DNA of 64,000 nt from an uncultured bacterium (GTDB taxonomy: Bacteria; Patescibacteriota; Minisyncoccia; Phycocordibacterales; UBA9973). Position numbers and translations under genes: made by a program. The stretch is taken from NCBI GenBank assembly GCA_937895515.1, contig CALAYS010000012.1, forward strand, positions 11,379 to 75,378, read 5' to 3'. Under the pieces are notes generated by a model that was given only the letters and a program-made list of their open reading frames with translations, was not told where the DNA came from and ran no database searches. Position 1 is the stretch's first letter, and each line of letters begins with the position of its first letter. Of this stretch, positions 54,389-64,000 are shown piece by piece.

Positions 54389-55429
54389 CTACTGACCTAA
54401 AATGTCGCTGATTACTAATTCCAAAGGTAATGATTTGATTGGGCTACGGCGGATTAAATTATAAGCATCAAGTAATTTAATTATTATTTGAGAATTTAAT
54501 TTATTGTTAGCATCCATTGCAACTGTTTCAATAAATTTTGCAACATCTTGCCCAAAAGTTTTTTCAACTTCAACAATTGTTATCATTTTATGGCGTAGCA
54601 TATGCACACTACGGACACGTGCTAAAAGTAATGTTAAAAGTAATTCATGATTCATTGAATTAAAATGTGGGGCACTTGTTGCACTGTTAGCGCTATCAGC
54701 ATCCGCTAAGCAAATGGCTTTGGTTAAATCATTTAACATTTTACTACTAGGTACACCAAAGCTTTCCGAAATTACATCGGCATTTATTTCACTTCCATTA
54801 CTGCGCACTATTGATTCTTCTAGCCTTCCACAAGCATCACGGTATGACCGGTCCGCTAATTGGGCCAGCAGTGCTACAGCTTCTTTTGTGATTTTTACTT
54901 TTTCAAGCTTGGCAATGTCGGCAATATAGTTTTCCAAAATTTCTTGCGATGGATGACGAAATTGCATTATTTGAGACCGTGAGCGAATAGTGTCCGGAAC
55001 TTTATCAATTTCGGTTGTTGCTAGTATAAATATTACATGCTCGCCAGGCTCTTCTAGTGTCTTTAAGAGTGCGTTAAAGGCTTCTTTAGTTAGCATATGG
55101 ACCTCGTCTATAATATAGACTTTGTATTTGGATTCCATTGGTGCCCCGCGGACATGTTCACGAAGCTCTCGAATATCATCAATTCCACGGCGTGATGCTG
55201 CGTCGATTTCATAAATATCTACCGGTTGTGTATTTAATGCAGCTGCAAAAATCCGCGCGACTGTGGTTTTACCCAGTCCCCGCCCACCAGTAAACAAATA
55301 AGCATGGGCTGGTTTGCCACTAGCCACAGCCGAGCTAATAAGAGAAATTACATTCTCCTGCCCCCGAACATCTTCAAACTTTGCCGGTCGGTATTTCCGG
55401 TATAGTACTGTATGCGCTACTTCTTTCAT
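54389..55429 (-). CDS. dnaX: DNA polymerase III subunit gamma/tau (short form)
   Basis: 346 aa; YRKYRPAKFEDVRGQ, GGRGLGKTT Walker A, IIDEVHML Walker B, SRSQ sensor. Confidence 0.9.
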   Translation of the reverse strand: MKEVAHTVLYRKYRPAKFEDVRGQENVISLISSAVASGKPAHAYLFTGGRGLGKTTVARIFAAALNTQPVDIYEIDAASRRGIDDIRELREHVRGAPMESKYKVYIIDEVHMLTKEAFNALLKTLEEPGEHVIFILATTEIDKVPDTIRSRSQIMQFRHPSQEILENYIADIAKLEKVKITKEAVALLAQLADRSYRDACGRLEESIVRSNGSEINADVISESFGVPSSKMLNDLTKAICLADADSANSATSAPHFNSMNHELLLTLLLARVRSVHMLRHKMITIVEVEKTFGQDVAKFIETVAMDANNKLNSQIIIKLLDAYNLIRRSPIKSLPLELVISDILGQ

Positions 55430-55454
55430 ATGACTATAATACCATAAATTAGAT

Positions 55455-56240
55455 TTATCTTAAAAAGTTTCCACTTTCGTACCTTTTAATAGATATTTTA
55501 AATATAATAACTGTAATTAATAACCAGAATAAAGTAACACAAAATGATAATAAGAATATATTAATAGAATTTGTTTTTATATAATCAATTGGCACAGTAC
55601 TAGTTAAAAGTGAAGGGATAACTGTCATAAAAAATAATTTCATTTTACTAGGAAACATGGATCCTGGGTAAAGTCCTGGACGAAGAAATAATTTAAATAT
55701 TTGACCTGAAATTAATTCTCCATCATGGATATAAAAAGAAATAAGTGATACTAAGATTCTTACACAAAGAAATGTTATAACTCCTAAAAAGATAACTACT
55801 AGAAACATTAACCATTGTTCAAATGAGAATAATTTTGTAATTCCATACCAAACAAAAACTCCAAATCCCATAAATAAATCCCCTAATGCAGTTATTGAAA
55901 AATTCATTCCCGATAATCTATTTAAGATTAATCTTGGGGAAAGTAATACTGCATCAAAATCACCCCGAGTAACAATACTAGGCATTTTAACAACCCCATA
56001 GAAAAAACTATTAGTTATACCAAAACAAAATGTTGAAATTCCAAGCATCCCAAAAATGTCATAACTACCCCATCCATTAATATCACCAGTAGCTGAAATA
56101 AAAAGATACCAAATGATATAAAAACTAGTATTATTTAAGACCATACTAAAAACTCCAATCCAAAAAGAGCTACCTAAAACATAAGCATTTTTTAAATTGT
56201 ATTTAATCGATACTAAAAAATATTTTATTTCTCTATACAT
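55455..56240 (-). CDS. ABC-2-type transporter permease
   Basis: 261 aa; six hydrophobic helices; in an operon with an ABC ATPase. Confidence 0.7.
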   Translation of the reverse strand: MYREIKYFLVSIKYNLKNAYVLGSSFWIGVFSMVLNNTSFYIIWYLFISATGDINGWGSYDIFGMLGISTFCFGITNSFFYGVVKMPSIVTRGDFDAVLLSPRLILNRLSGMNFSITALGDLFMGFGVFVWYGITKLFSFEQWLMFLVVIFLGVITFLCVRILVSLISFYIHDGELISGQIFKLFLRPGLYPGSMFPSKMKLFFMTVIPSLLTSTVPIDYIKTNSINIFLLSFCVTLFWLLITVIIFKISIKRYESGNFLR

Positions 56241-56242
56241 AA

Positions 56243-57037
56243 TTAACTTCCATTAACAGATAATTTTTTAAAAGCTTGAGTAGAAACAAAATAAGTAAAT
56301 ACTCCTAATACAATAATCCAAAATAAATTAATACCTACCCAAAATAAATACCTATCCATAAAATTTGGGTACATAGCAAAAGCAATTGAATTCACAGCCC
56401 CAAAAGGAGAATATTCTGCAAATACTCTAAGACCTAAAGGGAAAAAAGCTACAGGTACCCAGGAATTTCCAAAAATCATAATAAATTTAGATACAACTAA
56501 ATAAACAGGATTACTATCCTCTAACCAAAAACTAGTGAGTCCACACAATATAAAAATAAAAGCATTTAAAATTTGACTCAATACGAAAATTAAAACAACA
56601 CTAATTATAAAAATTATTGGATTTGTGTTAACCACAGGCCAACCGACTAATAGATAAGGAACAATAATTGATGTGATAAGAGCAAAAGTAAATGGTAATA
56701 AACCTTCACCTATTACGGTCAATAATTTTTGAGTTATATAACCCATTGGTTTAGTTAAATATACTTCTATATTTCCTGTTTTTACATCATTTTGAAAAAC
56801 ATTATGTAAGAGACGAAACCCTAACCAAAAAATAACATAATACATTGCCATGCTCCAAATTGTATTTGTTAGTGGAATTTTTAAACTAACATTAGGTGAA
56901 AGTAAATAAACATTTTTATATAAATAAAAAACAAAAATAAGAAAAACCAAATGATTAATCATTTGTGCAAATAATTTTTTTCTTGTACTAAAAGTATTTT
57001 TAGCAACTACCCAAATATAAGTAAAATACTTATTCAT
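56243..57037 (-). CDS. ABC-2-type transporter permease
   Basis: 264 aa polytopic membrane protein adjacent to the ABC ATPase. Confidence 0.7.
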   Translation of the reverse strand: MNKYFTYIWVVAKNTFSTRKKLFAQMINHLVFLIFVFYLYKNVYLLSPNVSLKIPLTNTIWSMAMYYVIFWLGFRLLHNVFQNDVKTGNIEVYLTKPMGYITQKLLTVIGEGLLPFTFALITSIIVPYLLVGWPVVNTNPIIFIISVVLIFVLSQILNAFIFILCGLTSFWLEDSNPVYLVVSKFIMIFGNSWVPVAFFPLGLRVFAEYSPFGAVNSIAFAMYPNFMDRYLFWVGINLFWIIVLGVFTYFVSTQAFKKLSVNGS

Positions 57038-57041
57038 AAAA

Positions 57042-57776
57042 TTACAATTGGTTTACGTAGAATCCAGCAATAACATCTTCAAGTTCTCCATGCAAATCTC
57101 TTAATTCACTTGTTGGTTTATCAACTACAATTACACCGTGATTAACAATAATTGTTCGCTCACATACAGCGTCAATATCCCCCACATCATGCGATGTAAG
57201 GAAAATTGTTACATTATTATCATCACGCAATTTAAGCAAAGTTTCTCTTAATGCTTGTTTAGCTAAGATATCAAGACCAATACTAGGCTCATCAAGGAAA
57301 AGTATTTTAGGTTTATGAATTAAAGCACAGGCAATTTCTACTCGCATTCTTTGACATAATGATAAAGTCCGAACTGGTTGATCAATAAATTCACTTAAAT
57401 TCAATTCTTTTTCAAGCTCTATAGTTCTTTGTTTTATTTCTTCTTTTTTTAAACCATACATTGCGCCATACAATTTAAAAGTATCTTTTGCTGGAAGATT
57501 TGGCATTAATTGACTACGTTGTCCAAAAACTGTACCAATTTGACTAACAACTTTTCGGCGATTATTTTGAGGTGAAAAACCAAGGACTTTTATTTCCCCA
57601 CTTGTAGGATGAAGTATACCGGTTAGCATTTTTATAGTTGTAGATTTACCAGCACCATTGGGACCAATAAAAGCAACACTTTCACCTTGTTCAATAGTAA
57701 AAGACAAACCATTTACTGCAACGGTTTTAGTCTTTTTGTTCTTAAATTCCTTAAATAAATCTTTAACTTCTATCAT
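57042..57776 (-). CDS. ABC transporter ATP-binding protein
   Basis: 244 aa; Walker A GPNGAGKST, signature-like LSLCQRMR, Walker B ILFLDEP. Confidence 0.92.
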   Translation of the reverse strand: MIEVKDLFKEFKNKKTKTVAVNGLSFTIEQGESVAFIGPNGAGKSTTIKMLTGILHPTSGEIKVLGFSPQNNRRKVVSQIGTVFGQRSQLMPNLPAKDTFKLYGAMYGLKKEEIKQRTIELEKELNLSEFIDQPVRTLSLCQRMRVEIACALIHKPKILFLDEPSIGLDILAKQALRETLLKLRDDNNVTIFLTSHDVGDIDAVCERTIIVNHGVIVVDKPTSELRDLHGELEDVIAGFYVNQL

Positions 57777-57831
57777 ATATTTATGATAGCACTATATAAA
57801 ATAAAAACCAGTGTGCACATTAATGACTAAT

Positions 57832-59202
57832 TTATTTATTTTTTACTTGGTTTATAAATTTACTTATTTCAACAAGAGCTATATTTTGTTTTTCATTTGC
57901 AATATTTCTAATATTGCCCATAACTTTCTCTAAATTTATAAAATTATTTTCTTTATCAATAATAGGTTCTAAAGTAAAACCATATTTTGTGTTCAAATTA
58001 TCATATTCTCTAAATAGTGCATCTAGAGAATCTTCTTTTTTACGAATAAGTTTTTTTATTGAATTAAAAATAAAACAAATAAAAAAATCTATTCGGTAAG
58101 TTTCTGGGACAGAAATTTTTTGAGGATTAAAACCAATTATTTCACCCACTGGTAAATCAATATCCCCAAATATTTTTTTACTCTCTTTTGTAATAAAAGA
58201 TGTTGATATGGGACAAAGATAATAATCAACCATAATTAATCCGACTTTTGTTTTATATAGTACAGAAGAAAAAATACCATTTAGTGGAGCATTTTGAGGT
58301 GGTTCACAAATATGAATAACCTCTCCAACTTGATTATATAACTCAAAATGTTTTTCTGAAAAAGATTGAAATGTTTCATCATCAAAAGTAAACCAAATAT
58401 CAACATCGCTAAAGTTGTCTGCTCTATTTTCAGAAATCGAACCAAATAAATGTCCTTCTATGGCAACATCTTTAAAAATTTTTGTGATTTTTTCTACTAG
58501 TTTACCTCTGCGACGAGATAAAAAAGAATATAATGGGAAATTAGGATAGCTACCTACCAGTGCATCAATATTTTCATCATAAAGTCCATGAAAACCAAAA
58601 GGTTTTCCATATACTTCTACTTTTGATTCAACACTAAATTTATGTGCCAGATCTGCAGGCGCAAATTTAATACCGGCTTTTTCAAATTCGTCTCTATACC
58701 AAACACACATTGCAACATCTTCGGGATGCTTTATTGGGATTTTACCATCATTTGAAAGTCTTGCTGATGTTTCTAAAAAATTTTTACTTCTAAGGCAAAA
58801 ACCACCATTACCAACAATAAGTGTTCCTAAAGACTCTGGTGGAAAATTAAAATCTCTTATAGAAAAGTCAGCAACAAGCCATGGTGCACCAATATAATCA
58901 TATTTTAAAAATTCATCGGTCCAACTTTCTGGATTTAAAACAAAACCATCATATTGAACAAGTAATACATAATCGGTATCCACATATTTATAAAGATCTT
59001 CAATACAAAAACGAGAAAATTCATTAATTGAATCAATGTGCGGGATTTTGACTTTTCTAGTATCATCTGTTGGTAATGATGTAAGTAATTTTATTGCACC
59101 AAATTCTATATTTTGCTGAGATGCATTCATGGCTTCTATTAATCTTTCTACATTTACACAGTCGATACCAAGAAGAGTCACATTTGGAAGTTTTATTTTC
59201 AT
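57832..59202 (-). CDS. fusion protein: DUF5672-like N-domain + minimal nucleotidyltransferase (pol-beta fold) C-domain
   Basis: 456 aa; N-terminal block YVLLVQYDGFVLNPESW resembles DUF5672 as I recall it; C-half has the GS...DxD NTase pattern (HLFGSISENRADNFSDVDIWF). Confidence 0.6.
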   Translation of the reverse strand: MKIKLPNVTLLGIDCVNVERLIEAMNASQQNIEFGAIKLLTSLPTDDTRKVKIPHIDSINEFSRFCIEDLYKYVDTDYVLLVQYDGFVLNPESWTDEFLKYDYIGAPWLVADFSIRDFNFPPESLGTLIVGNGGFCLRSKNFLETSARLSNDGKIPIKHPEDVAMCVWYRDEFEKAGIKFAPADLAHKFSVESKVEVYGKPFGFHGLYDENIDALVGSYPNFPLYSFLSRRRGKLVEKITKIFKDVAIEGHLFGSISENRADNFSDVDIWFTFDDETFQSFSEKHFELYNQVGEVIHICEPPQNAPLNGIFSSVLYKTKVGLIMVDYYLCPISTSFITKESKKIFGDIDLPVGEIIGFNPQKISVPETYRIDFFICFIFNSIKKLIRKKEDSLDALFREYDNLNTKYGFTLEPIIDKENNFINLEKVMGNIRNIANEKQNIALVEISKFINQVKNK

Positions 59203-59205
59203 AAA

Positions 59206-60396
59206 TTATTGTTTCTTTAAAAATTCATTTATTACAATCTCAAGTTCGGTGACATTGTTTGTTGCCATTAATTTTTCGCGCAAGGTTTTAGCACCTACAA
59301 ATCCATGGCAGTATGCTTTGAAATGCTTTTTCATAACGCTGTAGCTTTTTACATCGCCTAATTTTTTATTAAATAGTTTTGCATGCTCTAGTAGTACGCG
59401 CATTTTTTCATCTTGCGGTACAGCGGAAGCTGTATATCGCATTGAACCCAATATTTTTTTAATCCATTTATTTGGTAAAATTTGGTAAACAAATTTAGGT
59501 AACCTTACCGGCCTTTTAACCACCATTCTATCCCAATCAAAAATCCATGGATTACCAAACACTGCTCGGCCTATCATTACGCCATCTACTCCATATTTAT
59601 TATATAATTCTTGCGCATGATTTAAATCCATAACATCCCCATTACCAATAATGATTGTTTCGGGTGAAATTTTATTTCGCAATTTAATAACATCTTTAAT
59701 GAGTTCCCAATTTGCTGGAACTGCAGACATTTCTTTCCTTGTCCTAACGTGGACAGTTAATGCATCAATATTACAATTAAGCAGTATTGGCATCCATTCA
59801 TTAATTTGAATAGTGTTGTAACCAACGCGGGTTTTAACACTAACGGGAATAATTGGTTTATTAAATTCTTGTGCACCATCTTGCACCCCGCGCTTTACAG
59901 CATTTATAACAGCTACTGCAATTTCTGGTGTCTTTATCATACTGGCGCCGGCGCCTTGCTTCTCGATGGCTTTATCGGGGCAACCCATATTAATATCCAC
60001 CCCATCAAAACCCAGTTCAACTATTAATTTTCCAGCTTTGTACATTTTATCCGGATCAGCGGAAAATATCTGGGCAATTATTGGGCGCTGGTTTTCGGTA
60101 TATTGCAAATCCTTAAGTAGCGCATCACGCCCCAATGAACAAAGTCCATTAGCTGAGACAAATTCTGTCCAAAAAACATCCGGACCCCCGCCTGCAGAAG
60201 CTATGCTAACAGCATTGCGGGCAGGCCCATTATTTTGTCCAGATCTTGAATAAATAGAAATCATTTCCCTAAAAGCCACATCTGTAACATCGGCCATTGG
60301 TGCTAAAACTACAATAGGCCTGTTTAAAGTATTTGATTTTTCTTTTAGTTTTTTCCAAAAATTTATATTATCATTTTCCATTATTTTTCTTTTCAA
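59206..60396 (-). CDS. dus: tRNA-dihydrouridine synthase
   Basis: 396 aa; VLAPMADVTDVAFRE, DINMGCP, TVHVRT and GNGDV blocks of the Dus TIM barrel. Confidence 0.9.
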   Translation of the reverse strand: MKRKIMENDNINFWKKLKEKSNTLNRPIVVLAPMADVTDVAFREMISIYSRSGQNNGPARNAVSIASAGGGPDVFWTEFVSANGLCSLGRDALLKDLQYTENQRPIIAQIFSADPDKMYKAGKLIVELGFDGVDINMGCPDKAIEKQGAGASMIKTPEIAVAVINAVKRGVQDGAQEFNKPIIPVSVKTRVGYNTIQINEWMPILLNCNIDALTVHVRTRKEMSAVPANWELIKDVIKLRNKISPETIIIGNGDVMDLNHAQELYNKYGVDGVMIGRAVFGNPWIFDWDRMVVKRPVRLPKFVYQILPNKWIKKILGSMRYTASAVPQDEKMRVLLEHAKLFNKKLGDVKSYSVMKKHFKAYCHGFVGAKTLREKLMATNNVTELEIVINEFLKKQ

Positions 60397-60447
60397 TACT
60401 TTTAATTTTTGAATTTCAATTTTGACTTTTGAATTTTGACTTATAAC

Positions 60448-61305
60448 TTATATTTCACCTTTTTTCTTATATACTACTTGCCCATCAAAACGCAAATCAA
60501 CATACGCTAAACTATTTAAATTATCAAGTAAAAGTTTTTTAACAATTGGATCTTCTAGTGCAATACCCAGTGTTAAATGTATATCTTTATCTGTTGCTCC
60601 GTTTAAAACCCGAATGCGTGGTAAATTTGCAAATTCATCACCAGTATCCAGGAGTATTTCATCATAACCATTTGCGTAAACAAAACCATACACTGGCATA
60701 CCATATGAACTAATTTCATCACCTAGTTTGGTTATTCGAACTATTTCTGTTGGGTCAATTATTTGTTGACCTAAGATGGGTACAGCTCCACCACTACTAA
60801 AAAAAGTAAACAATGGCATATACGGGTATTTAGGGGCAATAGACCCCGCTACCCCATTTGAATGAAGCAGCGCACAACTAATACTGGGTTTATTTGACCC
60901 ATCAAGTGGGCAATACATTGTTTGAAAAACTGGTTCCCCTATTTCAATTTTTAAATTATTACCAGTATGCACTACAGCCGATGATAGCCGTGGAAAATTT
61001 TTTACAATTTCTTTTTGTAAAATATCTTTTTTAATAAACAAAATAGAATTTCGAGGTATTAAAAAATATTTGTATCCTGATATTTTATTTTCTACAAATT
61101 TTTGAACTTCGGTATTATCTACCAAACCATTACCAACGACGCTAACACTACGCACCCGCAGAAATGGTTTACGAATTACATAGAAAAAAGAAACAACTAA
61201 TAGTAAAAAAATTATTATAAAAAATATTCTTTTGCGCCTTGCCCCAGCTTCACGTCTTTCGTAAAGTACTGCTTGTTTTTGTTTTACAAGGTCGCGACTA
61301 TTCAT
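60448..61305 (-). CDS. FtsQ-like cell-division protein (POTRA domain)
   Basis: 285 aa; N-terminal TM then VRSVSVVGNGLVDNTEVQKFV (POTRA-like). Confidence 0.6.
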   Translation of the reverse strand: MNSRDLVKQKQAVLYERREAGARRKRIFFIIIFLLLVVSFFYVIRKPFLRVRSVSVVGNGLVDNTEVQKFVENKISGYKYFLIPRNSILFIKKDILQKEIVKNFPRLSSAVVHTGNNLKIEIGEPVFQTMYCPLDGSNKPSISCALLHSNGVAGSIAPKYPYMPLFTFFSSGGAVPILGQQIIDPTEIVRITKLGDEISSYGMPVYGFVYANGYDEILLDTGDEFANLPRIRVLNGATDKDIHLTLGIALEDPIVKKLLLDNLNSLAYVDLRFDGQVVYKKKGEI

Positions 61306-61307
61306 GT

Positions 61308-62576
61308 TTATTTTTTAGTTATTCTGTCTTTACCACCCATGTACGGACGCAAAACTTCGGGAATTATAATTGATCCATCAGGCTGCTGATAGTTCTCTAT
61401 TAGTGCTGCCGGTAAACGAGATGTCGCGCAAGCTGTGTTGTTAAGAGAATGAACAAAACGAAGTTTACCAGTCTCATCACGGTATTTAATGTTTAAACGA
61501 CGAGTTTGAAAATCATGGAAATATGATGATGAATGAGTCTCACGGTATTTGTTTTGTGATGGCATCCAAGCTTCGATATCGTATTTTTTAACTTGACCTA
61601 AACCAAGATCCCCACCACAGTTAACAACAACATGGTATGGCAATTTTAATTCTTGCATTAAATGTTCAACATGGGCAGTAATCTCTTCATGCCATTTAAC
61701 TGATTCTTCATGATTAGCTTCACAAAGTATGACTTGTTCTATTTTAAAGAATTCATGAACGCGGATTATACCCTTAGTATCAGCCCCATGCTTACCAGCC
61801 TCGGCACGAAAACATGGTGAGAAAGAAATAAACTTTTTAGGTAAATCAGATTGTTCAATGACTTCGTTCATATAGTAACCCATAGTTGCAACTTCGGCTG
61901 TACCCGCTAAATATTCGGATTCACCAACTTTATATAAATCATCTTCTGATTGCGGAAGCATCCCTGTACCAATTAATGATTCTTTACGGACAAGTGATGG
62001 CACAATCATAGGTGTGTAGCCAGCAGCTATAAAATAATTTAAAAAATACTGCCACAATGCAAAAAACAATTGTGCCCCATCATTTTTCATAAAGTAACCT
62101 CGAAAACCAGAAACTTTTATTCCTCGGTCAAAATCAACCATGTCTAAATTTTCCATTAATTCAATATGGTCTTTGGGTGCAAAATCAAATTTTGGAATTT
62201 CACCCCAAGATTTAATTTCTAGATTATCTTCATCGCTTTCTCCATCTGGCACAGAAACATCGGGCACGTTAGGGACTTCTAACATCATCTTTTGCCAAGA
62301 AGTCATTATGTCTTTAAGCTCGGTTTCGTTTTTTTGTAAGTCTTCTTTTAAAAGAGTCATTTCTTTTATGATTTGCTCTTTCTCTTCGGGACTAGCACCC
62401 ATAATAGAGAGTGATGCTTCGTTTTGTTCAGCTCGAAGAGACTCGACTATTTTAAGAATCTCAAGGCGTCTGTCGTCAAGCTTGATTAATTCATCCAAAT
62501 CCAAAGTTATGTGCTTTTTAGTAATTGCAGATTTAACGATATCGGAATTTTCGCGTATAAATTTAATGTCTAACAT
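61308..62576 (-). CDS. serS: seryl-tRNA synthetase
   Basis: 422 aa; N-terminal coiled coil (MLDIKFIRENSDIV...); class II motifs FRAEAG...RVHEF and TACATSR. Confidence 0.96.
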   Translation of the reverse strand: MLDIKFIRENSDIVKSAITKKHITLDLDELIKLDDRRLEILKIVESLRAEQNEASLSIMGASPEEKEQIIKEMTLLKEDLQKNETELKDIMTSWQKMMLEVPNVPDVSVPDGESDEDNLEIKSWGEIPKFDFAPKDHIELMENLDMVDFDRGIKVSGFRGYFMKNDGAQLFFALWQYFLNYFIAAGYTPMIVPSLVRKESLIGTGMLPQSEDDLYKVGESEYLAGTAEVATMGYYMNEVIEQSDLPKKFISFSPCFRAEAGKHGADTKGIIRVHEFFKIEQVILCEANHEESVKWHEEITAHVEHLMQELKLPYHVVVNCGGDLGLGQVKKYDIEAWMPSQNKYRETHSSSYFHDFQTRRLNIKYRDETGKLRFVHSLNNTACATSRLPAALIENYQQPDGSIIIPEVLRPYMGGKDRITKK

Positions 62577-62673
62577 CCCGTTTAGAAGCAGGTCACGATC
62601 TAAATTTAGTATCGTTAATGCTTTAAATTAATTTAATAATAACCTTATTTATATATCTCCCATTTTAATCTTC

Positions 62674-63585
62674 GTGATCGTGGCTTCTAACGGGATAACA
62701 TATGGCAATAGTATAGCAAAAATAGTAAAATATATAAACATGGAGATTCGGGAATTAAACAGTAATGAAATTCCAAAAAGATTGACTGAAATTTCTCAGC
62801 CGGCAAAAAGACTTTTTATTCGTGGAGTACTGCCACCAAATAATTTAAAAAATTTAGTTATTGTTGGGTCCCGTAAACACAGTAATTATGGTAAACAAGT
62901 AGTTTGCGACATTATAGCCGGGCTTGTTGGCTACCCTGTTAATATAGTATCCGGACTGGCACTGGGTATTGATAGCTTGGTCCATGAACAAGCACTAAAA
63001 CATGGAATGTACACGACATCGTTTCCAGGATCGGGGTTAGATAAAAAATCTATTCATCCTCAGACCAATATAAAACTAGCTGACAAGATTGTAGAGTCCG
63101 GTGGATGTTTGGTAGCGGAATTTCCACCAAATTTTAAAGCAACTCAATATAGCTTCCCTCAAAGAAATAGATTAATGGCAGCATATAGTGATGCAGTACT
63201 AATAATTGAAGCGGAAGAAAAATCAGGCACATTAATAACTGCACGGTTAGCATTAGAATATAATCGTGATGTGTTAGTTGTGCCTGGGTCAATATATTCC
63301 GAAACTTCACGCGGGACAAATTATTTGTTATCTCAAGGTGCAATGCCGGTAATGTCCGCAAATGATGTTTTGTTGGCTTTGGGGTTTGATATTAAGTCCC
63401 CAATTAAACGCACTGATATATCAGATGATGAAAAAGTAATATTAGATATTTTACGTGAGCCAATGACGCGTGATGAAATCATAAGAGAATGCGAAAACCC
63501 AGCCGATGAAGTAAATAGTTTACTTATGATAATGGAGCTCCGTGGATTAATAATTGAAGACGCGGGCTATTTCCGTAGAACTTGA
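62674..63585 (+). CDS. dprA: DNA-processing protein DprA
   Basis: 303 aa from GTG (ATG at 62740 is the more likely start); IVGSRKHSNYG, GLALGIDSLVHEQAL, SGTLITARLALEYNRDV; C-terminal wHTH. Confidence 0.9.
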   Translation: MIVASNGITYGNSIAKIVKYINMEIRELNSNEIPKRLTEISQPAKRLFIRGVLPPNNLKNLVIVGSRKHSNYGKQVVCDIIAGLVGYPVNIVSGLALGIDSLVHEQALKHGMYTTSFPGSGLDKKSIHPQTNIKLADKIVESGGCLVAEFPPNFKATQYSFPQRNRLMAAYSDAVLIIEAEEKSGTLITARLALEYNRDVLVVPGSIYSETSRGTNYLLSQGAMPVMSANDVLLALGFDIKSPIKRTDISDDEKVILDILREPMTRDEIIRECENPADEVNSLLMIMELRGLIIEDAGYFRRT

Positions 63586-63634
63586 CATGACTCAATATCG
63601 GTATAGAATATGGGTAAATTTAAACAACTATATT

Positions 63635-64000
63635 ATGAACCAAAAGCAAAGAGATGAGTGGGATGGCGTAGGGATGCCAGACACATGGGTATCTACAAAA
63701 AAAATTAAAACTGAAATTCTTAATCCTTCGATTGTAAGAGTCAAGGTTTCTAATGGAAAAAAATATTTAAACATACCATTATCGCTTGATTGGACAATCA
63801 ATTGTTTTAAACTTGAGAAACAACTAAAAAAGTTTTTAAAACGAAAAGAGATTTTTGATTTAAAAAGTTTCTTAGACAATTATAAAAAACTTAATGATGA
63901 CTGCCCTAAAAAAGTAATCATTTATTTGGAAAGTTTTAAACATGACATTGATGGAATAATAGCTGGGCCACCTTTTCAAGAAAAAGTTTTTAGAAGAATT
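63635..64000 (+). CDS. hypothetical protein, 3'-truncated by the window end
   Basis: ATG at 63635 opens a frame with no stop through 64000 (122 codons read by hand). It is absent from the ORF track, presumably because no stop is present. Confidence 0.5.
   Translation, partial: MNQKQRDEWDGVGMPDTWVSTKKIKTEILNPSIVRVKVSNGKKYLNIPLSLDWTINCFKLEKQLKKFLKRKEIFDLKSFLDNYKKLNDDCPKKVIIYLESFKHDIDGIIAGPPFQEKVFRRI

Noticed and set aside
62140-62631. 163-aa plus-strand ORF antisense to serS. Similar antisense ORFs lie in lepA, murJ, PBP, lysS, murE, dnaX and dus.
   Set aside because: All are embedded in strongly supported housekeeping genes on the opposite strand.
63628-63879. 83-aa minus-strand ORF from the track
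   Set aside because: The plus strand carries a longer uninterrupted frame from ATG 63635 to the window end, with more protein-like composition. The minus ORF is probably its shadow.
1-64000. Alternative genetic code (for example UGA = Gly, as in some CPR lineages)
   Set aside because: TGA terminates conserved proteins at their expected length (dprA at 63583-63585, the Dcd-like gene at 12702-12704, the 49299-49610 ORF). All conserved genes are full length under the standard bacterial code.

Overview
AT-rich bacterial window that uses the standard genetic code: TAA, TAG and TGA all close conserved genes at their expected lengths. The gene content is a minimal peptidoglycan and division set, many translation genes, SBBP-repeat surface proteins and a short DnaX, with almost no core biosynthesis. 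This fits a small-genome Patescibacteria/CPR-type organism (inference only). The window has two parts.

(1) 1-19.2 kb is the right-hand part of an accessory/integrative island; its left end is not in the window. It ends at tRNA-Arg(CCU), next to a large serine recombinase whose ORF runs into the tRNA 3' half, and a soluble T4CP/HerA-like ATPase. The island carries:
- a Dam-family MTase plus PD-(D/E)XK nuclease pair, preceded by a HEPN-like (Rx4H) gene and two small ORFs;
- a RadC/JAB gene;
- two ORF-free structured segments;
- a metallophosphoesterase plus FGE-sulfatase-domain pair;
- a visibly more AT-rich locus (8.5-16.1 kb) with a MurG-like GT28, a truncated ProRS paralog with a non-canonical tRNA-like gene 8 nt upstream, a SAM methyltransferase, a GT4, two overlapping dCTP-deaminase-fold paralogs (one with catalytic Glu replaced by Gln), a PIG-L/LmbE deacetylase, WbqC and a TauD-type dioxygenase.

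The GT4 + LmbE + aaRS-paralog combination mirrors mycothiol/bacillithiol logic. It is my best candidate for an undescribed system.

(2) 19.2-64 kb is core genome, mostly on the minus strand. In order it contains lepA, murJ, leuS, tsaC, ychF, two tandem SBBP surface proteins and tRNA-Glu. These are followed by a dcw-type cluster (mraZ-rsmH-ftsL-PBP-murF), lysS, greA, PBP2 and murE. Next is a small patch of hypothetical genes with duplicated promoter and repeat motifs, then tRNA-Gln, yceI, a CDF transporter and dnaX. The window ends with an ABC-2 transporter, dus, ftsQ-like, serS and dprA.

Both tRNA-Glu and tRNA-Gln are followed about 150 bp downstream by an exact repeat of their own 3' end (att-like scars). 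No CRISPR array, rRNA or recognisable transposase was seen.
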